Positions 56,269 through 64,000 of a DNA stretch of 64,000 bases are shown piece after piece. The notes beneath the pieces were generated by a model. The model had not been told where the DNA came from. It made no database searches and worked only from the letters and a program-made list of their open reading frames with translations. The stretch lies in the IMG/VR virus record IMGVR_UViG_3300036851_000176, positions 64,001 to 128,000 of that record, one strand, 5' to 3'. Both the position numbers and the translations under genes were made by a program. Numbering within the stretch: the stretch's first letter is position 1; the number at the start of each line of letters is the position of its first letter. This DNA comes from a virus.

Positions 56269-56504
56269 CAGATTGCCTTTCTGTAGTGGAGCGTTCCGTG
56301 AACGTTGAGTCTGCCGAGAAGGTAAGGTCTGTACTTCAGGTTGCGCCCGATGTTGAGTTCATCCTCTCGCTTCAAGTTGTCGAACTGGATCTGAGACATC
56401 TCTCGATAGACCGCTCCGAGGATGCGGCCGATCTCTTCGTAACTGCCGTCCAGTTCCAGCGTGAAGCCAGAGATCGGCGTGTCTTTCAGAGGCTCTGATT
56501 CCAC
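56268..56504 (-). CDS. hypothetical protein
   Basis: coupled ORF. Confidence 0.55.
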   Translation of the reverse strand: MESEPLKDTPISGFTLELDGSYEEIGRILGAVYREMSQIQFDNLKREDELNIGRNLKYRPYLLGRLNVHGTLHYRKAI

Positions 56505-56812
56505 TCCTCTTCCCTCTTCTCTAGTCGCTTGATCTCGGCCCAGATGATGCCGCGCTGCCTAGGCGTCTTGGCTTTGTCGTACTTCTTCATCAACTCAGTT
56601 CGACGATCGATCAGCTTCTTCTGCTCGTCGTGCATCAGGCCGACAGGGAACTTGCCACGGCACTTCGAGCAGACGATGTACATCTCCCACAACACTCCCG
56701 TAGGCTTCCGCCGCTCGACCTGAATGAGCGCCCCGGCTGCATTGCAGTTCGGGCAGTCATCCGTGCCGAGTTTCTCTACGGTTGGGTTCGCCACAGGTCT
56801 TGAGGAGACCAT
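56486..56812 (-). CDS. Zn-ribbon protein
   Basis: CPNC..CSKC; leaderless start after TTGACT..TAACCT. Confidence 0.65.
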   Translation of the reverse strand: MVSSRPVANPTVEKLGTDDCPNCNAAGALIQVERRKPTGVLWEMYIVCSKCRGKFPVGLMHDEQKKLIDRRTELMKKYDKAKTPRQRGIIWAEIKRLEKREEEWNQSL

Positions 56813-57033
56813 CGAACGGAGGTTAGCAGAAAGGCCCGGAAAGTCAAGAGGCGGGCGGCAAGATCGTCGTCCCGGGTTCGTACTCGTTGAGTCGAGGACG
56901 AAGGCAAGTTGCACACTGGCTTCGATAGCCAGGCTGGGGGCCATGTTCCGGGCAGCACCAGGGCTGAGGGGCTGGCTTCATCTTCTTCTTCTGGATCATG
57001 TTGCCTCCAAAGCCGCGCTTGCTCTCGCTGTAC

Positions 57034-57393
57034 TCAGTCATCCCGCTCTCGAAGCATCCCTTGCAACTTGTCGGCCAGGTCTGCTGCACTCATGTTCGGC
57101 TGATTGAAAGGGAGGTAGTGCTGCTGAAGTTTCGATCGCAGTTGCTCGAACCAATCTCCATTCATCAGCGGGTAAAGTCTGGCTTCTCGAATCGCGTCGA
57201 GTGCCGCCTTCAGGTTCGCGATCTCGTACCCGTCGAGCCAAACGTGCGCTCCGTTCCCGTCAGCGAACGAGCACGGTCCAAGATGACCCTCCTCGCGACC
57301 GCATACCTGCGCGTGAACAGTCTCGGTGTAGCGCGTGCTCTGGCAGAGTCTTCTCATTACCCGCAGGCACAATCGCCGCAACCGCCAACACAC
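57034..57393 (-). CDS. hypothetical protein
   Basis: ORF in operon; start probably 57357. Confidence 0.5.
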   Translation of the reverse strand: MCWRLRRLCLRVMRRLCQSTRYTETVHAQVCGREEGHLGPCSFADGNGAHVWLDGYEIANLKAALDAIREARLYPLMNGDWFEQLRSKLQQHYLPFNQPNMSAADLADKLQGMLRERDD

Positions 57394-57575
57394 GAGCCGG
57401 GAAGCGACTTCGTTCCGACGATCAGAGAGAAAACCTGATCAGCGATATTTTGCGCGGGCGTCAAGATAACATAGCCCTCTTCGTCCTCTTCGAGATCCTC
57501 GATCTTCGGATCAAAATCAGCGTGGAACTCTACGCCCGCATCGGAATCTTCGAAGGTGAAGGTGACTTTTGCCAT
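57357..57575 (-). CDS. small protein with Cys-rich tail
   Basis: CVGGCGDCACG; leaderless start after TATACT. Confidence 0.6.
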   Translation of the reverse strand: MAKVTFTFEDSDAGVEFHADFDPKIEDLEEDEEGYVILTPAQNIADQVFSLIVGTKSLPGSCVGGCGDCACG

Positions 57576-57592
57576 GCGATCAGTATAGACGA

Positions 57593-58015
57593 TTAGGAGG
57601 GGAGCGAGAAGGTCAGGGCGTATGGCTCGGGACCAACTTCGATCTTCCAGCCCGCACTCGCGTACGAATCCTTGATCTTTCCGATGTCGTCGTCTTCGAG
57701 CATGAACCGAAGAAGATCAACGATCACGCTCGCCTCTCCGTCGTCGATGATTGCTCGACCGATCAGAGCTTCGATGTGATCGTAAGCAGGCTTAATCCTT
57801 TGCTGCTCGCGCTTCATTTGTTGCATCGCACGCGCCATGCTGGCGGAGGTCACTTTTCCCTTCGACTGAGGAGGATCGATCTCGATGACATCAGGAGGCC
57901 CGCCCACATCTGCCGATCCCCGACCGGTGATGGGGGTGCTGAGCAAGCGCTCCTCTTCATCAAACAGTGCCTCGTTCGCTCCGATAACCGGGATCACATC
58001 ATCGTCTTCGTCCAT
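57593..58015 (-). CDS. hypothetical protein
   Basis: Leaderless start after TAAGGT. Confidence 0.6.
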   Translation of the reverse strand: MDEDDDVIPVIGANEALFDEEERLLSTPITGRGSADVGGPPDVIEIDPPQSKGKVTSASMARAMQQMKREQQRIKPAYDHIEALIGRAIIDDGEASVIVDLLRFMLEDDDIGKIKDSYASAGWKIEVGPEPYALTFSLPS

Positions 58016-58144
58016 GCGCTTACCTTAGCAGAAAAGGGGCGAAAAGTAATCGCCCCGGGGGCGTCAACAGCTCGAAAGCCGGACTGCAACCCCGGGGCGC
58101 TGTCCCCTCGTCCGGAATACTACACGAAGGTTTACTTGTCTGCA

Positions 58145-58321
58145 CTATCCGCGACAGATGTGGGTGTACCGGCTCTTGCTGCTGTTGATTGTGATGATCC
58201 GGTAGCACTGTGCGCAACGGCCGGTTGTGCGCTCGATTCCGAGCCTCTTCATGTAGGCGGCGCGCGCCTTGTCCTTCGCGCTTCGACGCGCGGCGGCGCC
58301 GCCCTGACTGGACTGAGCCAT
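58145..58321 (-). CDS. small basic Zn-finger protein
   Basis: Manual translation MAQSSQGG...CAQC...HIC; AAGGAGGTGA RBS. Confidence 0.65.
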   Translation of the reverse strand: MAQSSQGGAAARRSAKDKARAAYMKRLGIERTTGRCAQCYRIITINSSKSRYTHICRG

Positions 58322-58604
58322 GCGTGTTCACCTCCTTCCTAGCGACTTCTGGTCGTCGCTAGGCGCTCAACAACACGCATATGTGGCTCACCTCCTTAGA
58401 ACTCGCGGGCGTAAAGAGGGGCCACCCCGCTAAGAGCGGCCCCTCGACACTGGCTGACGAACCTTCTCTGGTGCGCCTACGAGATTCCTCTGCCTCGGCT
58501 GCCCTCAGAAAGCGCGGCTCTGCATGACCCGGTGACCAAACCGGCCGTAGGACGAGTGTTCGTGGCCCTGTGCTGTTGTCAGAGTATCATCTTGCGTTTC
58601 CCTT

Positions 58605-58862
58605 GTGCAAGACTATGATCAGAACATGCAACCAGACCTGAGCGATCCATATTTCCAGGCTGGCCTCATTTCAAGCGGCTATGCGCAACTCGCCGAACAG
58701 CTCAAGTGTCTGACGAAGCGCATGAAGGAAGATCTAGAGTGGACGGAGACCGAGGCGCGCTCTGTCCTCTACCTCGTCGGCGTCCCCAAGGATCTTGCCG
58801 ACGCTTCGCTCGTCATCACGTATCACCGCGAGGAACTCCTCGCAGAATGCAGCGGGCGCTAG
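58605..58862 (+). CDS. hypothetical protein
   Basis: isolated + strand ORF. Confidence 0.55.
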   Translation: MQDYDQNMQPDLSDPYFQAGLISSGYAQLAEQLKCLTKRMKEDLEWTETEARSVLYLVGVPKDLADASLVITYHREELLAECSGR

Positions 58863-59098
58863 GGACCTAAGATCACGTAAGGCGTCTCTGGCGGTTCAGG
58901 GCCGTCGTATTTGTCCACCCAGTCAATGATCGCGAAACGGCGCCGCTGCCCCCAGCATCCCGGAAAAAGCGCCACAGAGTAGTCAAGCAGCGCTCCGTTC
59001 GCGATAATCGTTGCGTCGAGTTCGTCCTGAGCCTCGACAATCACCGAAGCCCGCTCTTGTGTGCGCCGCTGGTCGTTGTACGCGATCCAGAGACTCAT
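58859..59098 (-). CDS. hypothetical protein
   Basis: ATGA overlap. Confidence 0.55.
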   Translation of the reverse strand: MSLWIAYNDQRRTQERASVIVEAQDELDATIIANGALLDYSVALFPGCWGQRRRFAIIDWVDKYDGPEPPETPYVILGP

Positions 59099-59382
59099 GC
59101 CCAGGCGGGGATGCAGTTACAGTCCGCGCTGTTTTGAGTCTTGACCGCTCGACACTTCGGATTGTGAAGAGGCACAGCCGGTCCGCGCATAGGCTCTTCC
59201 AAGACTCGTTTCGCCATATCCCTGATGTCCTGAATCGGATCAGCGTCTGGCCGCGACCAGGAAAGAGTCTCGAACTTCAAGTCCTTGAAATCGATCGTCA
59301 TCGGGATCAGTTCGATCTCACCGCGCTCGATTTTCTCGCGAACCGCACGCTGCGCGTCTGTCTCAGGAGGTACGAGTGGCAC
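59095..59382 (-). CDS. hypothetical protein
   Basis: ORF in operon. Confidence 0.55.
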   Translation of the reverse strand: MPLVPPETDAQRAVREKIERGEIELIPMTIDFKDLKFETLSWSRPDADPIQDIRDMAKRVLEEPMRGPAVPLHNPKCRAVKTQNSADCNCIPAWA

Positions 59383-59605
59383 CTGACCTCATATCCACAG
59401 CTTCGGGGAACCACCGCCAGGGAACGTCCGTGCGGTAGACCTGGAAGTCTTCTTCGTCTCGATCGATCTCCAAAAGGTCCCCGTTGGGCTCTTGCTCGTA
59501 GTAGATCTTTTCCGGCCAAAACACGACGATGTAGTCAATCCCGCCGAAGTTGAAGTCTCCGACGATGCGTGGCCGAACGTCTCGCTCAGGATCCAACATC
59601 GACAT
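59363..59605 (-). CDS. hypothetical protein
   Basis: ORF in operon. Confidence 0.55.
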   Translation of the reverse strand: MSMLDPERDVRPRIVGDFNFGGIDYIVVFWPEKIYYEQEPNGDLLEIDRDEEDFQVYRTDVPWRWFPEAVDMRSGATRTS

Positions 59606-59801
59606 CCTCTGCTGTGTACTGCGAGTCGTCCATAACTTCGAGCGTTACCGCGACCCTACAGCGCAGGCCATCGAGCAAGAATTCTACGCACCATGTCGGC
59701 CCGTACCATCCCTGATTCAAGAGGGTTGCTCCTTTAGGAATCAAGCAGTCGCGGGTCACCTTCGGCAACCTAATCTCTCGATACTGAACGAGGTTAGTCA
59801 T
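59586..59801 (-). CDS. hypothetical protein
   Basis: ORF in operon. Confidence 0.5.
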   Translation of the reverse strand: MTNLVQYREIRLPKVTRDCLIPKGATLLNQGWYGPTWCVEFLLDGLRCRVAVTLEVMDDSQYTAEDVDVGS

Positions 59802-59994
59802 TCTTCCCTCGACAGAGATGCATTGCCGCGCCGATCAAGTATATGACCGCGATGGCCTGATGTCTTCGATGCATGCGAGTGACGCTCGTGATCTTCGGCA
59901 GCATCCCTCGATAAGCCAGCGCTTCCCACGCACCAAGAGCGATCACTGTCGCTCCGTAGAACTCACGACGTGCGCGGTCCAGGCTCATTCTCAA
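59794..59994 (-). CDS. small membrane protein
   Basis: two hydrophobic segments. Confidence 0.5.
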   Translation of the reverse strand: MRMSLDRARREFYGATVIALGAWEALAYRGMLPKITSVTRMHRRHQAIAVIYLIGAAMHLCRGKND

Positions 59995-59997
59995 ATT

Positions 59998-60606
59998 CTA
60001 CACTTGGTCAAAGACGCCGTAGTAAGCCTTGCCGACGCAGCCGCCCTCGTTCATGTACTCGACGAATCCGCGAGACCCGAACCACTCGTTCAGTTCGTCG
60101 GCCGTGAGGGTGTGCGGGTGGCCGGTATGGGGCGGTGTCTCGATCCAGTCGAAGATGCGCACTCGCTTCGCCATGCGGCGGGCGTTGGCGATCACCTTCG
60201 CTGGGTTCTCGACGTGCTGCAAGACGTTGTAGATCCACGCCTCGTCCCAGAAATGCTTGGTCCGCTTGACCTTCGAGTTGAACTCCTCGGCGGGCAAGTG
60301 ATTGACCGCGATTCCGCAAGTCTCGTAGCGATGGTCAACCCATCCCGGGAAGCGGCAAGGATCGATGATCAGACCCTCTCGCAGGTTCTTGCACTTGAGG
60401 AGCAGCGAGGCCGGTCCACCGCCGATGTCCACGATGCGACGATCCATGGCGTCGAACACCGGCCAGTGGCCCTCTGGGTCCTGGTACGGATCGCCCAGGC
60501 CCATCTTGCGCGCGTAGACGAGTTGCTTGAGTTCCTCGTTGAGCGTCCACTGGCACTTACCCCACCAGTTGCGCTCCCAGTCCTGAACGCTCTCAGGCAT
60601 CGCCAT
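59998..60606 (-). CDS. class I SAM-dependent methyltransferase
   Basis: IVDIGGGP, IDP, YNVLQHVENP. Confidence 0.85.
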   Translation of the reverse strand: MAMPESVQDWERNWWGKCQWTLNEELKQLVYARKMGLGDPYQDPEGHWPVFDAMDRRIVDIGGGPASLLLKCKNLREGLIIDPCRFPGWVDHRYETCGIAVNHLPAEEFNSKVKRTKHFWDEAWIYNVLQHVENPAKVIANARRMAKRVRIFDWIETPPHTGHPHTLTADELNEWFGSRGFVEYMNEGGCVGKAYYGVFDQV

Positions 60607-60916
60607 CGAAGACGTGCCACACTGTGCCGTTGTCGTGGACTGCTGTTCCGATGAACCGTCCGTGCCCGTAGCGCGGCGCGTCGAACTTCTCGCCAGTGTT
60701 GACGACGATCAGGCGTCGGCGTTCGTCGTGGATGCTTGAGATTCGGTCAGCTACGAGCATGACCCACAGAACCATCTCGTCTCCCTGAAAACCGACGCTG
60801 AGAATCTCGGAGCGCGGCGGGATCTCCACATAGGAACGCCCGCGCGAGTCGGGGCGCTCGATCGGGAACTTCCAGACGACGGCCGGTACCTCTTCGCTGT
60901 AGTGAATGTCGCTCAT
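60593..60916 (-). CDS. conserved phage protein
   Basis: VWKFPI, ILSV..Q, TG, FIGT, VWHVF. Confidence 0.7.
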   Translation of the reverse strand: MSDIHYSEEVPAVVWKFPIERPDSRGRSYVEIPPRSEILSVGFQGDEMVLWVMLVADRISSIHDERRRLIVVNTGEKFDAPRYGHGRFIGTAVHDNGTVWHVFDGDA

Positions 60917-61132
60917 CGTGTCAGGAGGTAGATGGTTCCGCCGAGCAGCGCTCCGCCCCAGAGGATCACGGCCCACCGGACGATTCGCTCGAAGAGTGCG
61001 ATCAGTTCGCCGGGAATCATCTGTGCGCTCGGTTGTCGGGGACAAGCCAAGCGTGGTAGTCGTTCTCTTCCTCGTGGTACGACGCGAGATCGTTGGTGAG
61101 TAGGCGACAGAGCCAGCGAGCGAGTCGTAGTC

Positions 61133-61471
61133 TCACCACCAGCCTCCATCTTCGTCGGTCTCCCGATCTTCGTCCGCCGTCACTTCGACGTGATGATCCC
61201 AGGCCCGATCGGCAGCATCTTCGTCCTCATGCCCGCCGCTGAACCACTTGCAGTAGTGACAACCGATCTCGATCGTGTCATCGTCCATGTAGTTCTCGTA
61301 GCGAGAGTGGTCGGTCACGGCTCGATGCTCTGATCTGCGCACAGAATCTCGTAGATCTGGCGCGTCCAGTCCTTCGAGACCTTCTTCGCCTGGCCCGCCA
61401 ACCTCCAGCGGAGACGCCAGAGCGCGAAGCGAGACATCTCTCTCATGAGTTTCTCTTCCGCAGTTCGTCAC
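61133..61471 (-). CDS. hypothetical protein
   Basis: ORF with CHYC; start uncertain. Confidence 0.4.
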   Translation of the reverse strand: MTNCGRETHERDVSLRALASPLEVGGPGEEGLEGLDAPDLRDSVRRSEHRAVTDHSRYENYMDDDTIEIGCHYCKWFSGGHEDEDAADRAWDHHVEVTADEDRETDEDGGWW

Positions 61472-61776
61472 GGATGTCCTTGAGCATGTCCTTGACTCCG
61501 TACAAAGACGGGCTGGCCGCGCTGGCTACGAACAGCAGGACGAAAATGATGAGCATCCCATGATGCAGATAGACCTCTCCGTCGTGGTACGAGAGGATGT
61601 GGACGGCGATCACTCGGGCACCTGAATGTACACGCGGTGCCAGTTGGTGTGATAACCGCCGTCTAGGACAGCCTCGACCGACACGATCGTCTCGCCCTCG
61701 TTCAGTTCCACGTCGTAGTCCTTCGTGGTGTCGTCGGCCCCGTTCAGGGCCTCGAAGTATGCGATGCGGATCTTCA

Positions 61777-63171
61777 TCAGTCTTTGTACGGATCGAAGGT
61801 GTCGGGCGACGCCATCACGACGCCGAGAGGTCGCAGCACTTCGAGCACTTCGATGTTCGAGTGCGCCTCGATCACGTCAGCCAGCGGCTTGTACACGCCC
61901 GGGCTTTCGTCCGCCCCCGCTCCGAGCACGCAGATTCCGCGACCCTTGAGGTCGTCGCGCGCGAAATCCCAGTCGATCGCGGCCGTGCTCTTGTCGCGCG
62001 TGCGCACCTTGCGCATTTTGTGCTCGTGCTCGGGCGGCGGCTTGTTTCCCTCCGAGCGAACCTGGAAGTCACAGTCGCGCTCACTACATACCCACATCTT
62101 GCGCAACTTGCCCGCCGCAGCAGTGCGGGACATGACGCGACCGGCCCCATGAGGGGCGCTGCCGATCGCGCCAATGTCCACGACAGTTTTTCCGTTTCGA
62201 GACCAGTCCTCATAGGCATCGAGTTCGATCTCTGACGGAGGCCAAGAAACCTTTCCCTTCACGATCACGCTGATGTCTCCCATGCTTCCGCCGATGAAGG
62301 CGGGTTCTGTTGTCAGCGGAGTCGCCCCCTTGCGCACAACCCATAGCCCGTTCTCGAACCACGCGTAATTGTGATGGTTGTGGACGGTCGCTGTCACTTC
62401 GGGATTTCCGAGGATGCCAAGCACCTGCTCGATTACGAACTCGCGACCTGCATATGCGTACTCGCCCGCGAGTTGCATCGCAGCAACATAGAATGTTCCG
62501 AGTTCTTCTTTCGTGCTGAACACGACCCCGTTCTCGCTCTCTTTCGTTCGATCGGTGAAATCGAGACCTTCAGCTGCGGCCATGAACCCGGAAGCGATCG
62601 AGTGTCCAAGTCCGCGCGAGCCGAAGTGGTTCGCGATCCAGACGTTGCCTTCGTCGTCGTAGAGCAAGTCCACGTAGTGATTGCCGGAACCGACCGTGCC
62701 GAGTTGGGCGCGAGCCTTCTCCTTCAGGTCCGTTCCAAACTGTCGGTTGATTTCGCTCCAAATTGCGGAGTCGAAAAGTTCATGTTCAACAGGCGTTTTG
62801 CTCTTTCCGCCAACACCGAACTCGACCTTCTTCTGGATCTCGCGCATGATTGGCTTGAGCCGTTCGACGAACAGGTCAGGCTTCGCGTAGTCCTCGACAT
62901 CGGTCACGTCCACGAGTTCGTTGACGGTGAGGTCCGTGCGCACGGCCATGTTCCCGCACGCGATGTCGTATCCGACGCCAGTCGGGCTGATGTGGTCCTC
63001 GTAGGCCACGACGCCGCCGATGGGCATCGCGTAGCCGAGATGGTGGTCGGCCATCAAGGCGCCCTTGACCGCCCCCGGGTGGCTCAGACAGTTCGCCATC
63101 TGATCGATGGCGTTCTCGTAAGGCTCGATGCCCTCGGGGTGGAAGACTGTGAAGTTTGGGGTATCAATCAC
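61777..63171 (-). CDS. rtcB: RtcB RNA ligase
   Basis: MADHH.GY..PIGGV, VGYDIACG, GTVGSGNHY, HNHHN, RKGAT, GSMG, HGAGRVMSR, DESPGVYK. Confidence 0.95.
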   Translation of the reverse strand: MIDTPNFTVFHPEGIEPYENAIDQMANCLSHPGAVKGALMADHHLGYAMPIGGVVAYEDHISPTGVGYDIACGNMAVRTDLTVNELVDVTDVEDYAKPDLFVERLKPIMREIQKKVEFGVGGKSKTPVEHELFDSAIWSEINRQFGTDLKEKARAQLGTVGSGNHYVDLLYDDEGNVWIANHFGSRGLGHSIASGFMAAAEGLDFTDRTKESENGVVFSTKEELGTFYVAAMQLAGEYAYAGREFVIEQVLGILGNPEVTATVHNHHNYAWFENGLWVVRKGATPLTTEPAFIGGSMGDISVIVKGKVSWPPSEIELDAYEDWSRNGKTVVDIGAIGSAPHGAGRVMSRTAAAGKLRKMWVCSERDCDFQVRSEGNKPPPEHEHKMRKVRTRDKSTAAIDWDFARDDLKGRGICVLGAGADESPGVYKPLADVIEAHSNIEVLEVLRPLGVVMASPDTFDPYKD

Positions 63172-63238
63172 GAAGGGGGAGTGGGGCGGATGCTGACACC
63201 CGCCCCAGAGAGAGGAGGTCTCTCGCTTGCAGGTTCTG

Positions 63239-63267
63239 AGACTAGATCAAATCGAACGATTTGTCAA
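63239..63267 (-). promoter_or_regulatory. rtcB promoter with palindromic operator
   Basis: TTGACA-N17-TAGTCT; CAAATCG-TT-CGATTTG in spacer. Confidence 0.6.
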
Positions 63268-63554
63268 GCCTTTTCGGCGCCAGCGAGGAACTTCTCGTAG
63301 GCTCCGTGCCCGTCTCCCATGATTTCGACCGTCTCGGCGACCGTCGTGCGCTTCGTGTTCTCGAAGTTCACGATCCGTAGCCGCCAGAGCGTCTTGGCGA
63401 GAAGGTGCGGAATGCGAATGGCGAACCCTGTGCCCAGTTTCCAAGGCAGACAGGCTGGCTTGCCATCAATGGTGATGAAGAGTGTCTTCGTCCCCGTCTT
63501 GAGTCCCTTGCCAGCCGGGATCCGCTCTGTGTTGAGAATTAGGTACCTCGTCAT
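63264..63554 (-). CDS. hypothetical protein
   Basis: AAAGGAGG RBS. Confidence 0.6.
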   Translation of the reverse strand: MTRYLILNTERIPAGKGLKTGTKTLFITIDGKPACLPWKLGTGFAIRIPHLLAKTLWRLRIVNFENTKRTTVAETVEIMGDGHGAYEKFLAGAEKA

Positions 63555-63825
63555 GCTTGCCTCCTTTGGATGGCGCGTCGGCCTCTGCTCGACGCTGCAA
63601 TCCAGAAAGGCTAGCAGGCCGATTCGAAATCCAGTTCGCTAGGTTCAGCAGCGCAATCAGTGGTCCGAGGAGAATCAGGCTGACGATCAACAAAGCGAAG
63701 CCGAGAATGATCACTCCCGCTGCAATTCCGAATGCGTAGAAGATCACGCTCGGGAACAGGAAGAACACGATGATCGCCTCGATCCCCAGAACCAAAGCGG
63801 CAGATTGGGTGATACGAAGTATCAT
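63466..63825 (-). CDS. membrane protein
   Basis: two TM segments. Confidence 0.55.
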   Translation of the reverse strand: MILRITQSAALVLGIEAIIVFFLFPSVIFYAFGIAAGVIILGFALLIVSLILLGPLIALLNLANWISNRPASLSGLQRRAEADAPSKGGKHDEVPNSQHRADPGWQGTQDGDEDTLHHH

Positions 63826-64000
63826 CGCTTGAACGGACTCTCGCGCTCCAAGTCGGCGGCTTCTTGCTCGAGCTGGGTGAGCCGAACCTCAACAACGGGA
63901 GCCGTAACTGATTGTTTCGCATCGGCAGGCTTAGGAGGGGGCTTCGTTGGTTCTTTGAGCAACGAGATCGCCGCGTTGTCGAGCACGTATCGCGCCCAAT

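Overview
This window is part of a large, GC-rich, long-tailed (siphovirus-like) phage genome, coded mostly on the - strand. The host is probably in Actinomycetota, judging from the many sigma70-type promoters followed 6-10 nt later by leaderless starts; this is an inference. In coordinate order it holds: (1) replication and nucleotide genes (gp32-like SSB, primase, DnaB helicase, ThyX with a LAGLIDADG endonuclease, SF2 helicase, MetAP, Ntn/HslV-like protease); (2) a tail-to-capsid morphogenesis block with a -1 frameshifted tail chaperone; (3) a ~6 kb RNA island with 28 tRNAs covering all 20 amino acids, a tmRNA, a Y-RNA-like element and several unassigned structured spacers; (4) an accessory region (TolQ-like module, glycosyltransferase, RNase H, FtsH-like protease, RNA ligase, methyltransferase, RtcB). 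The main finding is that the tRNAs are split into four promoter-defined operons with non-overlapping amino-acid sets. Three of these start with a short, near-leaderless peptide whose residues match the tRNAs downstream (MFAHQLYCLSLSQSASAD before Tyr/Cys/Leu/Ser; MKIEMTSQQHQPNTPWFPGV before Pro/Trp/Phe/Gln/His/Asn; MNFTRTAQRKLKRTTRTVVRTVLAATRITVA before Ile/Val/Lys/Arg/Ala/Thr). This suggests ribosome-sensing attenuation that switches on phage tRNA supply when the matching host tRNAs run low. The second finding is an intronless homing endonuclease that appears to have replaced the 3' end of thyX and left the old C-terminus as a mini-ORF. All calls were made by eye with no database searches.
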